A stretch of 64,000 nucleotides of DNA, from positions 1,984,001 through 2,048,000 of the forward strand of contig CBDCTH010000012.1 of NCBI GenBank assembly GCA_965222155.1, written 5' to 3'. Source of the stretch: Gammaproteobacteria bacterium. GTDB taxonomy: Bacteria > Pseudomonadota > Gammaproteobacteria > Eutrophobiales > Eutrophobiaceae. A program made the position numbers and the translations under genes. The notes below the pieces were generated by a model that saw only the letters and a list, made by a program, of their open reading frames with translations, was not told where the DNA came from and searched no databases. Below are positions 19,058 to 30,692 of this stretch, piece after piece. How positions within the stretch are numbered: the first letter of the stretch is position 1; every line of letters begins with the position of its first letter.

Positions 19058-21337
19058 TCATAATTTCTTCCTGTCGATAGCTAACAACAGCGGCGGGAGA
19101 AGCAGGAAATCGGCGAGGACCGCAAACATAATCGTGCTCGTTACCAGGAGGCCGAGTGACCAACTGACCTCGAATCCCGATAAGGCGAATACCAGGAAGC
19201 CTGCCGCCAATACCAGGGTGGTGGTCCATAGTGCTTGTCCCACGGTGCAAAAGGTATAGCGCACGGCTTCCGGCGCCGGGAGACCCTCGCGCCGGGCTTT
19301 CAAATATTTGCTCAGGAAATGAGTAGTGTCGTCCACAATAATGCCGAACGCGATTGCGGTCGTTACGGAACCGGCAAGACCTACCTGGCCGACCAGATAG
19401 CCCCACAGGCCGAAGCTCATGGCCGCGGGAACGAAGTTGGGCACAAGACTGATGAGACCGAGGCGCACGCTTTTGAAAACCCAGATAAAAATGAACGAAA
19501 TAAGACCCATGGCGATAATCGTGGCGCGCAACATGCTATTGATGTTGCGTTGGGAAAGGTGAGCAAAGGTCATGCTGACGCCCGTTGCCGGGGCCGCCAG
19601 GTCGGGGGCATTAGCCTGGAGCCAGGCCAGTGCGCGCGCATCGAGTTCGCGCTGTTGCTTGGACGTCAGGCTACGCAGCACGACGGTCATACGCGTTGCG
19701 GATTTGGCGATATCAATACGGTCATTGAGATCTTTGCCGAACGGCAGCGAAAACTCGTAAAGCAACAGGTATTGCGCGGCAAGCTCCGGGTCGGCGGGTA
19801 TTCGGTAGAAGGCCGGATCCTCGCCGTGCATGTTCTTGTTCAGGCGTTTCATGATGTCCGGAAAAGCTCTGACGTGGGTCACTTCGGGCTGGCCCCGATA
19901 CCATTCGGCGAATGTATTGACCGTGCGCAGGTAATCGGGATCGGTGATGCCGCCTTCACTCCCCGCCTCAAGCGAATACTCCAGCGTTTCCATGCCGGTC
20001 AGGTTTTCAAGGACGAAGTCCGTAGCGCGTCGGAACTCGTAACGCTCGTCGAAATACTGCGTCCAATTGTCGGTCAACTCATTGCGGGGAATGCCCGAGA
20101 TCAGAGCAACTGTCAGAAGGGCGAAGAACCAGAGCAGGAATTTGCTGCGTGCGACGACAAAGGCGCCGAACCGGTCGAAGAATCCAGGCCGATCAGTGCG
20201 GACGGGACGGGCGCGCAAGGGCAGGATCGAAAGCAACGCCGGCAAGAGCGTCATGGAATAGACAAAGGCGCATAGCACGCCAAACGCCACCATATTGCCC
20301 AGAACGTGAAAAGGCGGCGAATCCGAGGCATTCAAGGTGAGGAACCCGCCCGCGGTCGTGACCGACGTGAGAAAAACCGGCCAGGCATTGCTGCGCAGCG
20401 ATTCGATAATCGCCTCATTTCTACTCAAACCCCGGTTCACACCCGCCAAAGTGGCCGTGATGATGTGGATGGAATCCGCCACGGCAATCGTCATGATGAT
20501 GATCGGCACGCCGGAATTGGCTGGATTGAACACCGTGCCGGTCCAACCGGCAAACCCCATGGCCGTGTTGACGGTGAACACAACCACGATAACGGTGACC
20601 AGGGTGCCGAATACGGATCGCAGAAGAACGCCGGTCAACACCGCGATGACAAGGAATACGAGTGGTACGAGTTTTTCCAAATCGTCCTTTGTGACGTCGG
20701 CGAAGGCGCGATTCATGACAACGTCGCCGGTGAGGTAATAAGCGATGTCCGCATGGCTCGAGCGGGCCTGGTCCAGGAGCGCGTTGAGATAATCGGTTAT
20801 TTCAACCACAGCAGCATCCGGGTTTTCGGGCAGAACGAAATTGATCGCCATCCCGGCCACGCGTCCGTCATGGGCGACCAGGCGCCCGGCAATAGCGACC
20901 GCGTTCAGTGCGATCTCTTCGACTCTCTTCAGGTCGGCGTCACTCAACGACTGCGCGTCACCGACGAGCGGTTCGACAATCAAATCGTCGCCGAACGCCT
21001 CGCTATGGGAATAATTGGTAAGAGAGTCGACGCGATTGGAATAAGGCGTACGCCACGCGGCTTCGGTCAACTCCTCCAGTGCGCCAAGCGTCTCCCGGGT
21101 GAACACTGAGCCCTCCCGGGGAGCGAGGGCAATCAGCGCCGTATGGGACACGGAGTAGGTGTTCTCCAGGTCGTCGAAAGCCGCTAGTTGCGGATTGTCT
21201 TCGTCGAACAGGCTGCGGTAATCGTTGGTGACGCCGATGAAGCGGGCGCCCCCGGCCACAAATGTTGCGACCGCAACGACCAGCCACCGGCGACGCAGAA
21301 TGACGGCGATACAGCGGTCCAATAATACAGGACTCAT
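19058..21337 (-). CDS. MMPL/RND-family transporter
   Basis: Two RND halves: VADSIH...LTSVTT and GIIVDDTTHFL. Confidence 0.9.
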   Translation of the reverse strand: MSPVLLDRCIAVILRRRWLVVAVATFVAGGARFIGVTNDYRSLFDEDNPQLAAFDDLENTYSVSHTALIALAPREGSVFTRETLGALEELTEAAWRTPYSNRVDSLTNYSHSEAFGDDLIVEPLVGDAQSLSDADLKRVEEIALNAVAIAGRLVAHDGRVAGMAINFVLPENPDAAVVEITDYLNALLDQARSSHADIAYYLTGDVVMNRAFADVTKDDLEKLVPLVFLVIAVLTGVLLRSVFGTLVTVIVVVFTVNTAMGFAGWTGTVFNPANSGVPIIIMTIAVADSIHIITATLAGVNRGLSRNEAIIESLRSNAWPVFLTSVTTAGGFLTLNASDSPPFHVLGNMVAFGVLCAFVYSMTLLPALLSILPLRARPVRTDRPGFFDRFGAFVVARSKFLLWFFALLTVALISGIPRNELTDNWTQYFDERYEFRRATDFVLENLTGMETLEYSLEAGSEGGITDPDYLRTVNTFAEWYRGQPEVTHVRAFPDIMKRLNKNMHGEDPAFYRIPADPELAAQYLLLYEFSLPFGKDLNDRIDIAKSATRMTVVLRSLTSKQQRELDARALAWLQANAPDLAAPATGVSMTFAHLSQRNINSMLRATIIAMGLISFIFIWVFKSVRLGLISLVPNFVPAAMSFGLWGYLVGQVGLAGSVTTAIAFGIIVDDTTHFLSKYLKARREGLPAPEAVRYTFCTVGQALWTTTLVLAAGFLVFALSGFEVSWSLGLLVTSTIMFAVLADFLLLPPLLLAIDRKKL

Positions 21338-21431
21338 CGCCTCAACTATTACTGGCTGGAAGCGGTAGCGAACTCATACGACACGCATGCACGGCGTTAT
21401 CGATACTGCCAACTGCAGGTGGCTTCGTTCC

Positions 21432-22658
21432 CTACCACTCGATTGATTTTGTCGTATGGGCGTGGTTGGGCATCCTGTAACTCAGCCCACCCTCGTCATA
21501 CACCGAAATTTGGAGAAGCTGGGTAAAATTTCCTGCCCTGATCAACGGTGTGCCCTTCAGCAATCGCTTAATACGTTCTTTCGTCCGGAAAGCAAACAAT
21601 GTACCTATGGTAGGGTACTTTGGAAACTGGAACCCGTCAGCGAGCCGGTTTCCTATAAGCGCGCGTGAGAGACGGTAAGCCAAAGCCAGCAACTTTTCCC
21701 TTTCAACCGGATCTGCTATACCCGCAACTGACGGAATGGCCTGGATCAGCGTGTTCGCCACGGCTATCGAATCGGCGTCTGCCGGCGGCTCGCACACGTA
21801 GCCGACCTTGTAAATATTATCCGCCTCTGCGGTGTTGCTATAGAGGATGGTGTCAGGGATCCCCATGAGATAGCCGGCGTAGCGCCAGATACTCATAACA
21901 CTCTCTCGTTCTTCTTTGTTGAAATTCGCTCCCATCAATTTCGAGTAATCCAACAAGCGCTTGGAAAAGACGGAGATGGCATAACCCAGGTGTGCTGTGC
22001 TTACCGGCACGCCCCAGGCTTCGTGATTCCAATCATCGGAGTTAGCCAGCAGGGTCCTTATTCGACTATGAACGAAGCGAATGCGCGTGGATAACTTCCA
22101 GCCGTCACCGTCTCTTTGCAGGCCACCGGGAAAAAATATTTCCAACATATGGCGATTATTCTGCTGGAGACGTCTTTTGGTCGCCGCCACGCGTCCGGTA
22201 ATTTTGAAAGACTTGGCGATACGCGTCGAAAAACCTTCCACCAGCACCCCGGTAACGAATGCGACCAACATGAGGTCTACGTTTGGGTGGAAGGCGCGAA
22301 TGCCCGGCTCGAAGGCGCTGTGGTTGAGCCAGGGAGGCTGCTCTTCAAGATTTTTGAAAAAATCGCGTAAGACCTGCGGCGCCTTGCGCACAACCCCATC
22401 ATCATGTTGCTCTATGGCGGCCCCGATGAACCGGTGCAGGTCGTTCGGAGGCATTGAGGAGAGTTCCTGCATTACCGGGTCCAACTCAGGGTCGCCAATC
22501 AAGGTATGTTTGATGTAGTTGTCGGCAAGCGCCTGGTCGAGGCGGCGGGCTTGCTGGTAGCTCTCGACGTAATCTGATGGAATTATTGTGTCATCTTCCC
22601 CCCCCCCCCCCCCAATCAACTTAATGGAACCTCTAATAATAGACATTTTTCGATACAC
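21432..22658 (-). CDS. MpaB/rubber-oxygenase-like (ER-bound oxygenase family) protein with a 5' G16 tract
   Basis: PPWL, IAKSFKITGR, RIRFVHSRIR, WGVPVS, WRYAGYLMGIP. Start codon uncertain. Confidence 0.75.
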   Translation of the reverse strand: MYRKMSIIRGSIKLIGGGGGEDDTIIPSDYVESYQQARRLDQALADNYIKHTLIGDPELDPVMQELSSMPPNDLHRFIGAAIEQHDDGVVRKAPQVLRDFFKNLEEQPPWLNHSAFEPGIRAFHPNVDLMLVAFVTGVLVEGFSTRIAKSFKITGRVAATKRRLQQNNRHMLEIFFPGGLQRDGDGWKLSTRIRFVHSRIRTLLANSDDWNHEAWGVPVSTAHLGYAISVFSKRLLDYSKLMGANFNKEERESVMSIWRYAGYLMGIPDTILYSNTAEADNIYKVGYVCEPPADADSIAVANTLIQAIPSVAGIADPVEREKLLALAYRLSRALIGNRLADGFQFPKYPTIGTLFAFRTKERIKRLLKGTPLIRAGNFTQLLQISVYDEGGLSYRMPNHAHTTKSIEW

Positions 22659-22760
22659 AGGGTCGCTAACTTATTGAAATCATTGACTGCTAATATATCA
22701 ATTTGTGAATAAATAGAGGTTCACTTAAAAGAGCACCTATAATAATAAAGCGTTGTGTTG

Positions 22761-23735
22761 TCAAGCATTTTGTCGAGCCTGCTCGCTCCTTGTCGTTCCG
22801 GCGTAAAGTTCCCGCGGCAGTGAAAACACCACGCTTTCCTGTATCCCCGGCGCTTCCACCACGCTGTTAACGCCCCACGCCTTCAGCTTTTCAATGACTT
22901 CTTCAACCAGGACTTCCGGCGCGGACGCGCCCGCGGTCAGGCCAATATTGGACTTGCCCTCCAGCCATTCCCGCTGAATTTCAGAGACGTTATCTATCAG
23001 GTAGGCAGGCACGCCCTTTTTCTGGGACAATTCCATCAGACGGGTCGAATTGGAACTGTTTGGCGAACCGACGACCAGGATCAGGTCACAATCACCCGTC
23101 AGTTTTTTTACCGCGTCCTGGCGGTTTTGCGTGGCATAGCAGATATCCTCTTTTTTGGGGCCGACTATTTCCGGAAACCGCCGGCGCAATACATCGATCA
23201 CCTCCGCGGTATCATCCACAGACAGGGTGGTTTGGGTTACAAACGCGAGAAACTCAGGCTTTTTTACTTCCAGTCTTTCAACGTCTTCAACCGACTCCAC
23301 CAGATACATGGCGCCGGCGCCGTTTATGGAACGATATTGACCCAGGGTACCTTCCACCTCGGGATGGCCCGCGTGACCGATAAGGATACATTCCCTGCCC
23401 TCAGCCTGGTAACGGTCCACCTCCATGTGTACTTTTGTCACCAACGGACAGATCGCATCATAAACCCGCAGTTTTCTTTTTGCGGCCACCTCCCTCACGA
23501 CTTTGGAAACCCCGTGGGCACTGAAAATAACCACCGAATCATCCGGTACTTCATCCAGTTCATTAACGAATACCGCACCTTTATTCCGCAACGTGTCTAC
23601 CACGTATTTATTATGGACTACCTCGTGACGCACATAGACGGGCATGCCGAATAAATTCAACGCCCGCTCAACAATCTCAATCGCCCGATCCACACCCGCA
23701 CAGAAACCACGCGGGTTAGCCAATGTTATCTGCAT
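22761..23735 (-). CDS. ispH: 4-hydroxy-3-methylbut-2-enyl diphosphate reductase
   Basis: [37 protein letters not shown]. Start placed at MQITLA. Confidence 0.97.
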   Translation of the reverse strand: MQITLANPRGFCAGVDRAIEIVERALNLFGMPVYVRHEVVHNKYVVDTLRNKGAVFVNELDEVPDDSVVIFSAHGVSKVVREVAAKRKLRVYDAICPLVTKVHMEVDRYQAEGRECILIGHAGHPEVEGTLGQYRSINGAGAMYLVESVEDVERLEVKKPEFLAFVTQTTLSVDDTAEVIDVLRRRFPEIVGPKKEDICYATQNRQDAVKKLTGDCDLILVVGSPNSSNSTRLMELSQKKGVPAYLIDNVSEIQREWLEGKSNIGLTAGASAPEVLVEEVIEKLKAWGVNSVVEAPGIQESVVFSLPRELYAGTTRSEQARQNA

Positions 23736-23813
23736 CTGTATATCCACCTTGTTTTCAAGCAGGTTTACATTATATACCATATCTTTCCCTTTATCCTACG
23801 AATGCGATAAGCG

Positions 23814-23835
23814 GGGACAGATTTAAATCTGTCCC
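23814..23835. repeat. REP palindrome GGGACAGATTTAAATCTGTCCC
   Basis: Second copy at 57881-57906; both have a nearby AGGGAAAGATAT companion motif. Confidence 0.7.
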
Positions 23836-23841
23836 TCTTCC

Positions 23842-24309
23842 CTACGGTCTTTTGAACGCGTCGATGATCAGCATGAAGGCGCCGACCGTGATGGCAGAAT
23901 CGGCGATATTGAATACCGGCCATGACCACTTGTCATAATACACTTCAATAAAATCAATCACGTAACCGTATTGTAACCGATCCCACAGGTTTCCGACAGC
24001 GCCGCCGATAATCAAGGCCAGGGCGCAGGCCAGTGATGCGCGCCTGGCGGGTAAACGCACCAGCCAGATCAACAGAACGGCACTGATGCCCGTTGTCAAA
24101 ATAATAAAAAAATAACGCTGCCAGCCACCCGCATCCCGAAGAAAACTGAATGCGGCGCCGGTATTGTGGACCAGGGTCAGGTTGAATCCATGGAATACCG
24201 GCTGGGCCTGGTTAAACACCAGCCACTGGCTTGCCGCAGACTTGCTCAACTGGTCCAGGATAATAACCAGCAGGGTTATCCAGAGCCAGCGCAAATTAGC
24301 AGTTTTCAT
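23842..24309 (-). CDS. lspA: Lipoprotein signal peptidase II
   Basis: NTGAAFS, GAVGNLWDR, VIDFI, FNIADS. Confidence 0.97.
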   Translation of the reverse strand: MKTANLRWLWITLLVIILDQLSKSAASQWLVFNQAQPVFHGFNLTLVHNTGAAFSFLRDAGGWQRYFFIILTTGISAVLLIWLVRLPARRASLACALALIIGGAVGNLWDRLQYGYVIDFIEVYYDKWSWPVFNIADSAITVGAFMLIIDAFKRP

Positions 24310-24311
24310 GA

Positions 24312-24490
24312 TTTAATTTACATGGATTCACAGGATGTACAGGATTTCAATATTGCTGTTAGTCAGCTTCAAACACTCACGCTGGTTTATGATAAACAAG
24401 AAACTCCCCCCATAACCTATTACTTCATCGATAGACATGCACTACCGACAAAAAATATCCTGTATATCCTGTTCATCCATGTAAATTAAA
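24312..24490. repeat. Inverted-repeat element (TTTACATGGAT-CAGGAT-CAGGAT) between ileS and lspA
   Basis: About 35-bp imperfect inverted repeats. Confidence 0.65.
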
Positions 24491-24492
24491 AA

Positions 24493-27306
24493 TCATGAAA
24501 AATAACGGGCTTCGCCGGCCCCGTCCACGTTGAGCACGCAACGGCCACACAACTCCGGGTGAGCCGGGTCAATACCGATATCCTCACAGCGATGCCAGCA
24601 ACGCACACATTTACTATGAGACGAGGCCGTCACATTAATCCAGAGGTCATCCAGTTCACTTTTCCTGGCGTTTTTCGGCCTGTTTTCATGCGCGTACACA
24701 TCCGCTCGGGAAGTAATGAATATAAACCGCAACTCATCTCCCAGGTACTCCAGGGCGGTCCGGATAGCGCCGTTACAATATATCTGTACCTCCGCGTCCA
24801 GGGATGAACCTATGCTGCCCGCGGCGCGCAACCGCTCCAGTTCTTTACTGACCTCCTCGCGCACCCTGATCACCCTGGGCCAGTGATCGGCAACAGCAAC
24901 GGCGGGGAAACCGTCATACCAGTCCTCCAGGAAAACTGAGCCGCTGCGTTGCCCTGGCAGGTGTTGCCAGATTTCATCGGCGGTAAAGCTCAGGATGGGC
25001 GCCAGCCAGCGCACAAAAGCCTCGGTTATGTGAAACATGCTCGTCTGCGCCGAACGACGCGCCAAACTGTATTCCTGCAACGTATAGATACGGTCCTTGA
25101 TAATGTCAAGATAGAAACCGCCCAGTGTCACTACACAGTAATGATGCAATTTCTGGTAGATTAGATGGAACTGGTATTCAGCGTAAGCCCGAATGATCTC
25201 TTCCTGTAACCTGCGCGTTTCAGCCAATACCCATTTATCCAGTTCCAGCATGTCATCCGCGGGAACACAGTGTTCGGCCGGATCAAATTGATACAGGTTA
25301 GCCAGCAAGTAGCGAGCGGTATTCCGAATCCTGCGATAGGCATCTGCCATACGCTTGAGAATCTCATCGGATACGTTCATCTCGCCGCGGTAATCGGTGG
25401 CCGCAACCCATAACCGCAGTATGTCCGCGCCAAGGGTCTGCATGACTCTTTGCGGAGCTATCACGTTGCCCAGTGACTTGGACATTTTCATACCTTTGGC
25501 GTCAACAGTGAACCCGTGGGTAAGCACGCCGCGATAAGGCGCCTGCTTTCTTATCCCGACTGAGGTCAACAATGATGATTGGAACCATCCCCGGTGCTGA
25601 TCCGATCCTTCCAGGTACAAATCTGCCGGGAAGCCCAGTCTCTCATCGAGTTCCAGCACGGAGGCATGGGTAACGCCGGAATCAAACCACACATCCAGCG
25701 TATCCGTCACCTTGGTATAGCGTTGCGCGTCCTCACCCAGTAATTCCCCGGCCTCAAGCTCGAACCAGCCGTCGATCCCCGTCTGTTCAATCTTCTGCGC
25801 GGCCGCCTCAATCAAATGGGGCGTGTCCGGGTGTAACTCTCCTGATTGTTTATCAATAAATACCGCAATCGGCACACCCCATGTCCGTTGCCGGGATATA
25901 CACCAGTCGGTACGCTCATCCACCATACCGTGAATCCTCTGATGCCCCCATTCCGGAGTCCAACACACCTTGTCGATTTCCTTCAATGCCCTGGCCCGCA
26001 ACCCATGTTCATCCATGCTGAAAAACCATTGCGGCGTTGCCCGGAAGATAACGGGGGATTTATGCCGCCAACAGTGAGGGTAACTATGCCGAACCGTCGT
26101 TTCGACCAGTAAATGATTCCTGTCGATGAGGACTTCAATGATATGGGAGTTCGCCTTGAATACGTGCTCACCGGCAAACAGTCCGGTATCGTCATGAAAA
26201 CAGCCATTATCAGCAACGGGATTACTGATAGGCAGGTCATATTTCACGCCCACATTGTAATCATCGACGCCGTGCCCCGGTGAAGTGTGTACCGCACCGG
26301 TGCCGGTTTCCAGGGTCACGTGCTCCCCCAATATCACTGGAACCCGGTAACTATAAAATGGATGTTGCAGCTCCACACCTTCAAGCGCCGCCCCTTTCAA
26401 TGAAGCCAGTACCCGATAATCCTCAATCCCGTAGCGATGTAATGCCGAGGAGGCCAGTTTTTGCGCCAGGATCAACCTCTCCCTGCCACGCGCTGAATCA
26501 CACTGCACGACAAGGTAGTCAAACCCCGGGTTAAGCGCTACCGCCCGGTTTGCCGGCAAGGTCCACGGCGTGGTGGTCCAGATAACAAAAAACAGTTCGC
26601 CTTCTCCCCTGTCACCGGGTTTACCCGGCATCCTGCTGAAAACGGCATCCTCATCGACAACGGGGAAACATACGTCTATCGCAGGGGATTGTTTGTCAAT
26701 ATATTCAACTTCCGCTTCCGCCAGGGCCGAACCGCAATCGATGCACCAGTACACGGGTTTGAACCCCCGATCCAGGTGTCCGGCTTTGATCATCTTTCCC
26801 AGCGATCGAACAATATCGGCTTCGGTTTTATAATTCATCGTCAGGTAAGGTCTGTCCCAATCACCCAGCACGCCCAATCGTTGGAAATCAATTTTCTGTT
26901 TGTCTATCTGTTTTTGCGCGTATTCCCGACAGGCATTGCGAAACGTGCGCGCGTCAACCCTGGCGCCGGCCTTACCGATTTTCTTTTCCACCTGGTGCTC
27001 AATAGGCAACCCATGACAGTCCCAGCCGGGCACGTAGGGACAATCCAGCCCATCCAGCCCGTGTGATTTGATGATAATGTCCTTCAGAATTTTATTGACT
27101 GCATGCCCCAAATGGATATCACCGTTTGCATAAGGAGGGCCGTCATGCAGGATATATTTCTTTCTGCCGGCCTTGCGCTGCCTGATTTGAGCGTAAATAT
27201 CCTGTTCCTGCCAGCGTTGCAACATTTCCGGTTCACGCCGGGCCAGATTGCCTTTCATGGGAAAATCCGTTTTCGGTAAATTCAAGCTGTCTTTATAATC
27301 AGTCAT
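24493..27306 (-). CDS. ileS: Isoleucine--tRNA ligase
   Basis: [19 protein letters not shown]-terminal zinc finger. Confidence 0.98.
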   Translation of the reverse strand: MTDYKDSLNLPKTDFPMKGNLARREPEMLQRWQEQDIYAQIRQRKAGRKKYILHDGPPYANGDIHLGHAVNKILKDIIIKSHGLDGLDCPYVPGWDCHGLPIEHQVEKKIGKAGARVDARTFRNACREYAQKQIDKQKIDFQRLGVLGDWDRPYLTMNYKTEADIVRSLGKMIKAGHLDRGFKPVYWCIDCGSALAEAEVEYIDKQSPAIDVCFPVVDEDAVFSRMPGKPGDRGEGELFFVIWTTTPWTLPANRAVALNPGFDYLVVQCDSARGRERLILAQKLASSALHRYGIEDYRVLASLKGAALEGVELQHPFYSYRVPVILGEHVTLETGTGAVHTSPGHGVDDYNVGVKYDLPISNPVADNGCFHDDTGLFAGEHVFKANSHIIEVLIDRNHLLVETTVRHSYPHCWRHKSPVIFRATPQWFFSMDEHGLRARALKEIDKVCWTPEWGHQRIHGMVDERTDWCISRQRTWGVPIAVFIDKQSGELHPDTPHLIEAAAQKIEQTGIDGWFELEAGELLGEDAQRYTKVTDTLDVWFDSGVTHASVLELDERLGFPADLYLEGSDQHRGWFQSSLLTSVGIRKQAPYRGVLTHGFTVDAKGMKMSKSLGNVIAPQRVMQTLGADILRLWVAATDYRGEMNVSDEILKRMADAYRRIRNTARYLLANLYQFDPAEHCVPADDMLELDKWVLAETRRLQEEIIRAYAEYQFHLIYQKLHHYCVVTLGGFYLDIIKDRIYTLQEYSLARRSAQTSMFHITEAFVRWLAPILSFTADEIWQHLPGQRSGSVFLEDWYDGFPAVAVADHWPRVIRVREEVSKELERLRAAGSIGSSLDAEVQIYCNGAIRTALEYLGDELRFIFITSRADVYAHENRPKNARKSELDDLWINVTASSHSKCVRCWHRCEDIGIDPAHPELCGRCVLNVDGAGEARYFS

Positions 27307-28246
27307 GGCCTTCCAGGTCGATTTCAGTGAAAAATTCCCTGGCTGTCTTAATATCCGTCGCGATCTGCGCTACCAGTTCATCAATCGAGGAAAATTTTCT
27401 TTCATCGCGCAGGCGTTTGAAAAACTCGACACTGATATGTTTGCCGTAAATCATCTTATCGAAATCAAACAAATGCGCCTCCAGCAATAATTTTTTTTCA
27501 TCGAATACCGGACGCGTACCCAGGTTGGCGACTCCCAGGTGCGTTGCTTCATCAGCTCCCTTGACACTCACGGCAAACACACCCCGGAGCGGGACGAAGC
27601 GCTTGCTGAGATTGATGTTAGCGGTGGGAAAGCCAAGCTGGCGTCCCCGTTTTGCGCCATGAACGACGCGCCCGCTGATACTGAAATAACGGCCCAATAA
27701 TAACTGCGCCTCCTCAAATCGGCTTTCCTGCAACCTGTCACGGATGCTGCTGCTGCTGACCCTGTCACCGTCGAGTTTATGGGTCTCCGTTAGAATAACG
27801 TCGAAATCCAGTCGTTTTCCGGCCTCCTGCAGCATGCTGAAATCACCGCGCCGGTTTTTACCGAACCTGAAATCATCACCGATTATAAGACGCTTCACCG
27901 ATAGATCATTAACCAGAATCTGTTCGATAAATTGTTCCGCCGACAGGTCGGCGATACCCTGCTGAAAGCGCAGACACAGTACCCGATCGATATTTTGTTG
28001 TTTGAGCATCTCCAGTTTTTCCCTGAAACTCGTTATCCTGGTAGGCGCCTCTCCTGATTGGAAAAACTCCTGGGGATGAGGCTCAAAGGTAATCACCAGG
28101 GCCGGCAAACCCATGACCTCCGCATGCCGCTTGAGCTGCCTGAGCACAGCCTGGTGTCCAAGATGAATCCCGTCATAGTTACCGATAGTGGCAACGCAGC
28201 CGCGATGTCGTGACTTGAGATTGTATGAATATCTGATCAGTTCCAT
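27299..28246 (-). CDS. ribF: Riboflavin kinase / FAD synthetase
   Basis: [31 protein letters not shown]. Confidence 0.97.
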   Translation of the reverse strand: MELIRYSYNLKSRHRGCVATIGNYDGIHLGHQAVLRQLKRHAEVMGLPALVITFEPHPQEFFQSGEAPTRITSFREKLEMLKQQNIDRVLCLRFQQGIADLSAEQFIEQILVNDLSVKRLIIGDDFRFGKNRRGDFSMLQEAGKRLDFDVILTETHKLDGDRVSSSSIRDRLQESRFEEAQLLLGRYFSISGRVVHGAKRGRQLGFPTANINLSKRFVPLRGVFAVSVKGADEATHLGVANLGTRPVFDEKKLLLEAHLFDFDKMIYGKHISVEFFKRLRDERKFSSIDELVAQIATDIKTAREFFTEIDLEGHD

Positions 28247-28269
28247 AATCAGGTATCAGAGAACAGGAA

Positions 28270-28617
28270 ACAGGTCTGGGCAGGCCTTTCAAGACTATCA
28301 TCCGCATGGACAGCGGATGGTAAGCGTACCAGCCCGCATTTCTCACCAGTTGATGCGATGATCGCACCAGATTTTTGCCGCCAGCGGGTGCCTGCGACCG
28401 AAAGCATAGCCGTAGCTACGATTGAGGGAGCACGTGCCCGCTGGCGGCAAAAAGACAAGCGAGGGCGCATCAAGCGCAGTCTGTTATGTCGATATAGTGA
28501 GCAGGTCGTCATAACGTAACAACAGCAAACAACTATCCGATGACGACAAGCGAACTGGTGAGAAATGCGGGCTAGGACGTATTCACAGCGTGTCTTGAAA
28601 GGCCTGTTCAGACCTGT
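28270..28617. mobile_element. Outer inverted-repeat element (ACAGGTCTG..CAGGCCTTTCAAGAC) enclosing a MITE family A copy at 28331-28573
   Basis: 26-bp inverted repeats with 2 mismatches; inner TIR AGCCCGCATTTCTCACCAG. Confidence 0.7.
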
Positions 28618-28636
28618 ATTCATAACTATCATAACC

Positions 28637-30181
28637 TCAGGATTGTAAAATCATCTTGTGTAAACGAAGTCCTGCCAGCCACAGAGTGGCGAAATAGACC
28701 AGGGCGCCGGCAAGCGTGCATAATACTACATTTATTACGCGCTCATTCATATCCCATTGAAACCAGGCGACTTGATCAGGAACAAAGTAAACCAGACCCA
28801 GCGCCATTACCCCCAGCCCCAGGATAACTCTGGCCAGATAACCGGACCAATCAGGCCCTATATCAAATCCCTTTTGTGTACGTAAAATCCGGTAAAGCAG
28901 CGCACCGTTGATACAGGCCGATAAGGACGTCGCCAGGGCCAACCCCGCATGAGCCAGGGGAATAACCAGCAGCAGGTTCAGGACGATATTGGCCAGCATT
29001 GCAATTACCGCAACTTTTACCGGTGTCCTGGTATCCTGTTTGGAAAAAAATCCGGAGGACAGCACTTTTATCAGGATAAAGGCCGGCAACCCGATTGCGT
29101 ACGCCACCAGGCTGCGCGCCGCCATCTGGACGTCATATTGAGAAAATTCATTATACTGAAACAGGGTGGTTAACAGTGGCGCCCCCAGCAGTATAAGCCC
29201 CGCAGCGGCCGGGAGAGAGACCAGGAACACCCAGCGCAAAGCCCAATCCAGGGTTTTATTGAACGCTGCGTTATCTCTACCAGTATGCTCTGCCGCCAGG
29301 TTGGGAAGAATAACTGTAGCCAGTGCGATACCGAATACACCCAGCGGAAATTCGACCAATCTATCAGCAAAATACAGCCAGGAGATACTGCCTGTCTCCA
29401 GGAATGAGGCGATAACGGTATCGATGAGCAGGTTAATCTGGGTAACGGATGCAGCGAACAGGGTCGGCACCATCAAGGTAATAATTCTGCCGACACCCTC
29501 CCTGTCCCGATTGAACCTGGGGAGCCGCAATAACCTGAGTTTCAGCAGAAATGGAAATTGAAACAGCAATTGCGCCACGCCTGCTATAAAAACTCCCCAG
29601 GCCAATGCGACTATCCTTTGTTCCGGTGGAAAATAAGGCGTCAGCCATAATGCGCAACCGATTAATGACAGATTGAGCAATACCGGTGTAAACGCAGGCA
29701 CTGCGAAACGCCGGTAGGTATTGAGGATGCCGCCTGCCATCGCAATCAGCGAAATGAACAGGATGTAAGGAAAGGTAATACGCAACATCTGGGTTGCCAG
29801 GCCCTGCTTTTCCAGGTCCCCACTGAAGCCGGGGGCAAAGATCCATATCAGCACAGGCGCAGCCAGTACGCCCACGACCGTGGTCACACACAGGCAGGCG
29901 CCAAGCACCGCGGCGGTATGTTCAACCAGTGCATTGACTTCGGCCTGGCCGCGCCGTTCCCGGTATTCGGACAGAACCGGTACGAATGCCTGGGAGAAAC
30001 CGCCTTCCGCGAATATACGGCGTAAAAAGTTCGGGATACGAAAAGCAACGATAAACGCGTCGACACCGGCCCCGGGACCGAACATGGCGCCGATAATAAT
30101 ATCCCGTATCAATCCGAGAATACGGGACAGCGTCGTCATCAGGCCGACTACCAGTGTCGATTTCAGTAACTTCTGCATCAT
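28637..30181 (-). CDS. murJ: Lipid II flippase
   Basis: SRILGLIRD, RIPNFLRRIFAEG, ADRLVEFPLG; located between rpsT and ribF. Confidence 0.97.
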   Translation of the reverse strand: MMQKLLKSTLVVGLMTTLSRILGLIRDIIIGAMFGPGAGVDAFIVAFRIPNFLRRIFAEGGFSQAFVPVLSEYRERRGQAEVNALVEHTAAVLGACLCVTTVVGVLAAPVLIWIFAPGFSGDLEKQGLATQMLRITFPYILFISLIAMAGGILNTYRRFAVPAFTPVLLNLSLIGCALWLTPYFPPEQRIVALAWGVFIAGVAQLLFQFPFLLKLRLLRLPRFNRDREGVGRIITLMVPTLFAASVTQINLLIDTVIASFLETGSISWLYFADRLVEFPLGVFGIALATVILPNLAAEHTGRDNAAFNKTLDWALRWVFLVSLPAAAGLILLGAPLLTTLFQYNEFSQYDVQMAARSLVAYAIGLPAFILIKVLSSGFFSKQDTRTPVKVAVIAMLANIVLNLLLVIPLAHAGLALATSLSACINGALLYRILRTQKGFDIGPDWSGYLARVILGLGVMALGLVYFVPDQVAWFQWDMNERVINVVLCTLAGALVYFATLWLAGLRLHKMILQS

Positions 30182-30335
30182 TCGAATTACGAATCAGGAA
30201 TTCCTGATGAGAATACCACAGGGTAAGCAGCAGTTCCCGCTGACCCTCCCTCCCAGGGAAACATGTCCCCTTATGGGCAGAGCATGCAACAAGCATGTAT
30301 TGACCTCGATGTAGCGGAAGCTGCCGCCGTTTAGT

Positions 30336-30489
30336 CAGGTGCTCCCGCTAACTTCCGGGATCGAGGGCGTCCCGCCCTCAGCGAGGGCAAGATGCCCTCT
30401 ATCCCAAGGAAATATCCCCCCATTTGTACGGAATAACCTCGATTCGGGCCAGAATGACTGTTGGGACACAAAGTTAGCGGGAGCACCTG
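30336..30489. mobile_element. 154-bp MITE with 19-bp TIR CAGGTGCTCCCGCTAACTT and a 9-bp TSD (CCGTTTAGT)
   Basis: TSD at 30327-30335 and 30490-30498. Confidence 0.85.
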
Positions 30490-30513
30490 CCGTTTAGTGT
30501 AGTGTAAGGCCGG

Positions 30514-30583
30514 CTGGGGACGGATTTAAAATCCGTCCCCAGAATTGCTCTTGCCAAACTGACTGTATTTTTACTCTGACCCC
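30514..30583. repeat. GGGGACGG palindrome followed by a half GGGGTCAGAGT REP
   Basis: Matches copies at 6260, 36794 and 37055. Confidence 0.7.
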
Positions 30584-30692
30584 GAAAATCCCACTTTCCA
30601 ATGCGGGATGGGGAGTCATTAAAGATTGACAAAATGCCGGCATATCCGCATAGTGTTGTGCCCTTGAAATTATCGACAATCAGGAGTTACAT

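Noticed and set aside
19011-19406. 403-aa version of the lipoprotein-sorting ORF
   Set aside because: The extension overlaps the MMPL gene in another frame; an RBS supports the start at 19010.
19235-21109. Long + strand ORFs (346 aa and 267 aa) opposite MMPL
   Set aside because: Antisense shadow ORFs of a GC-rich gene, with no motifs.
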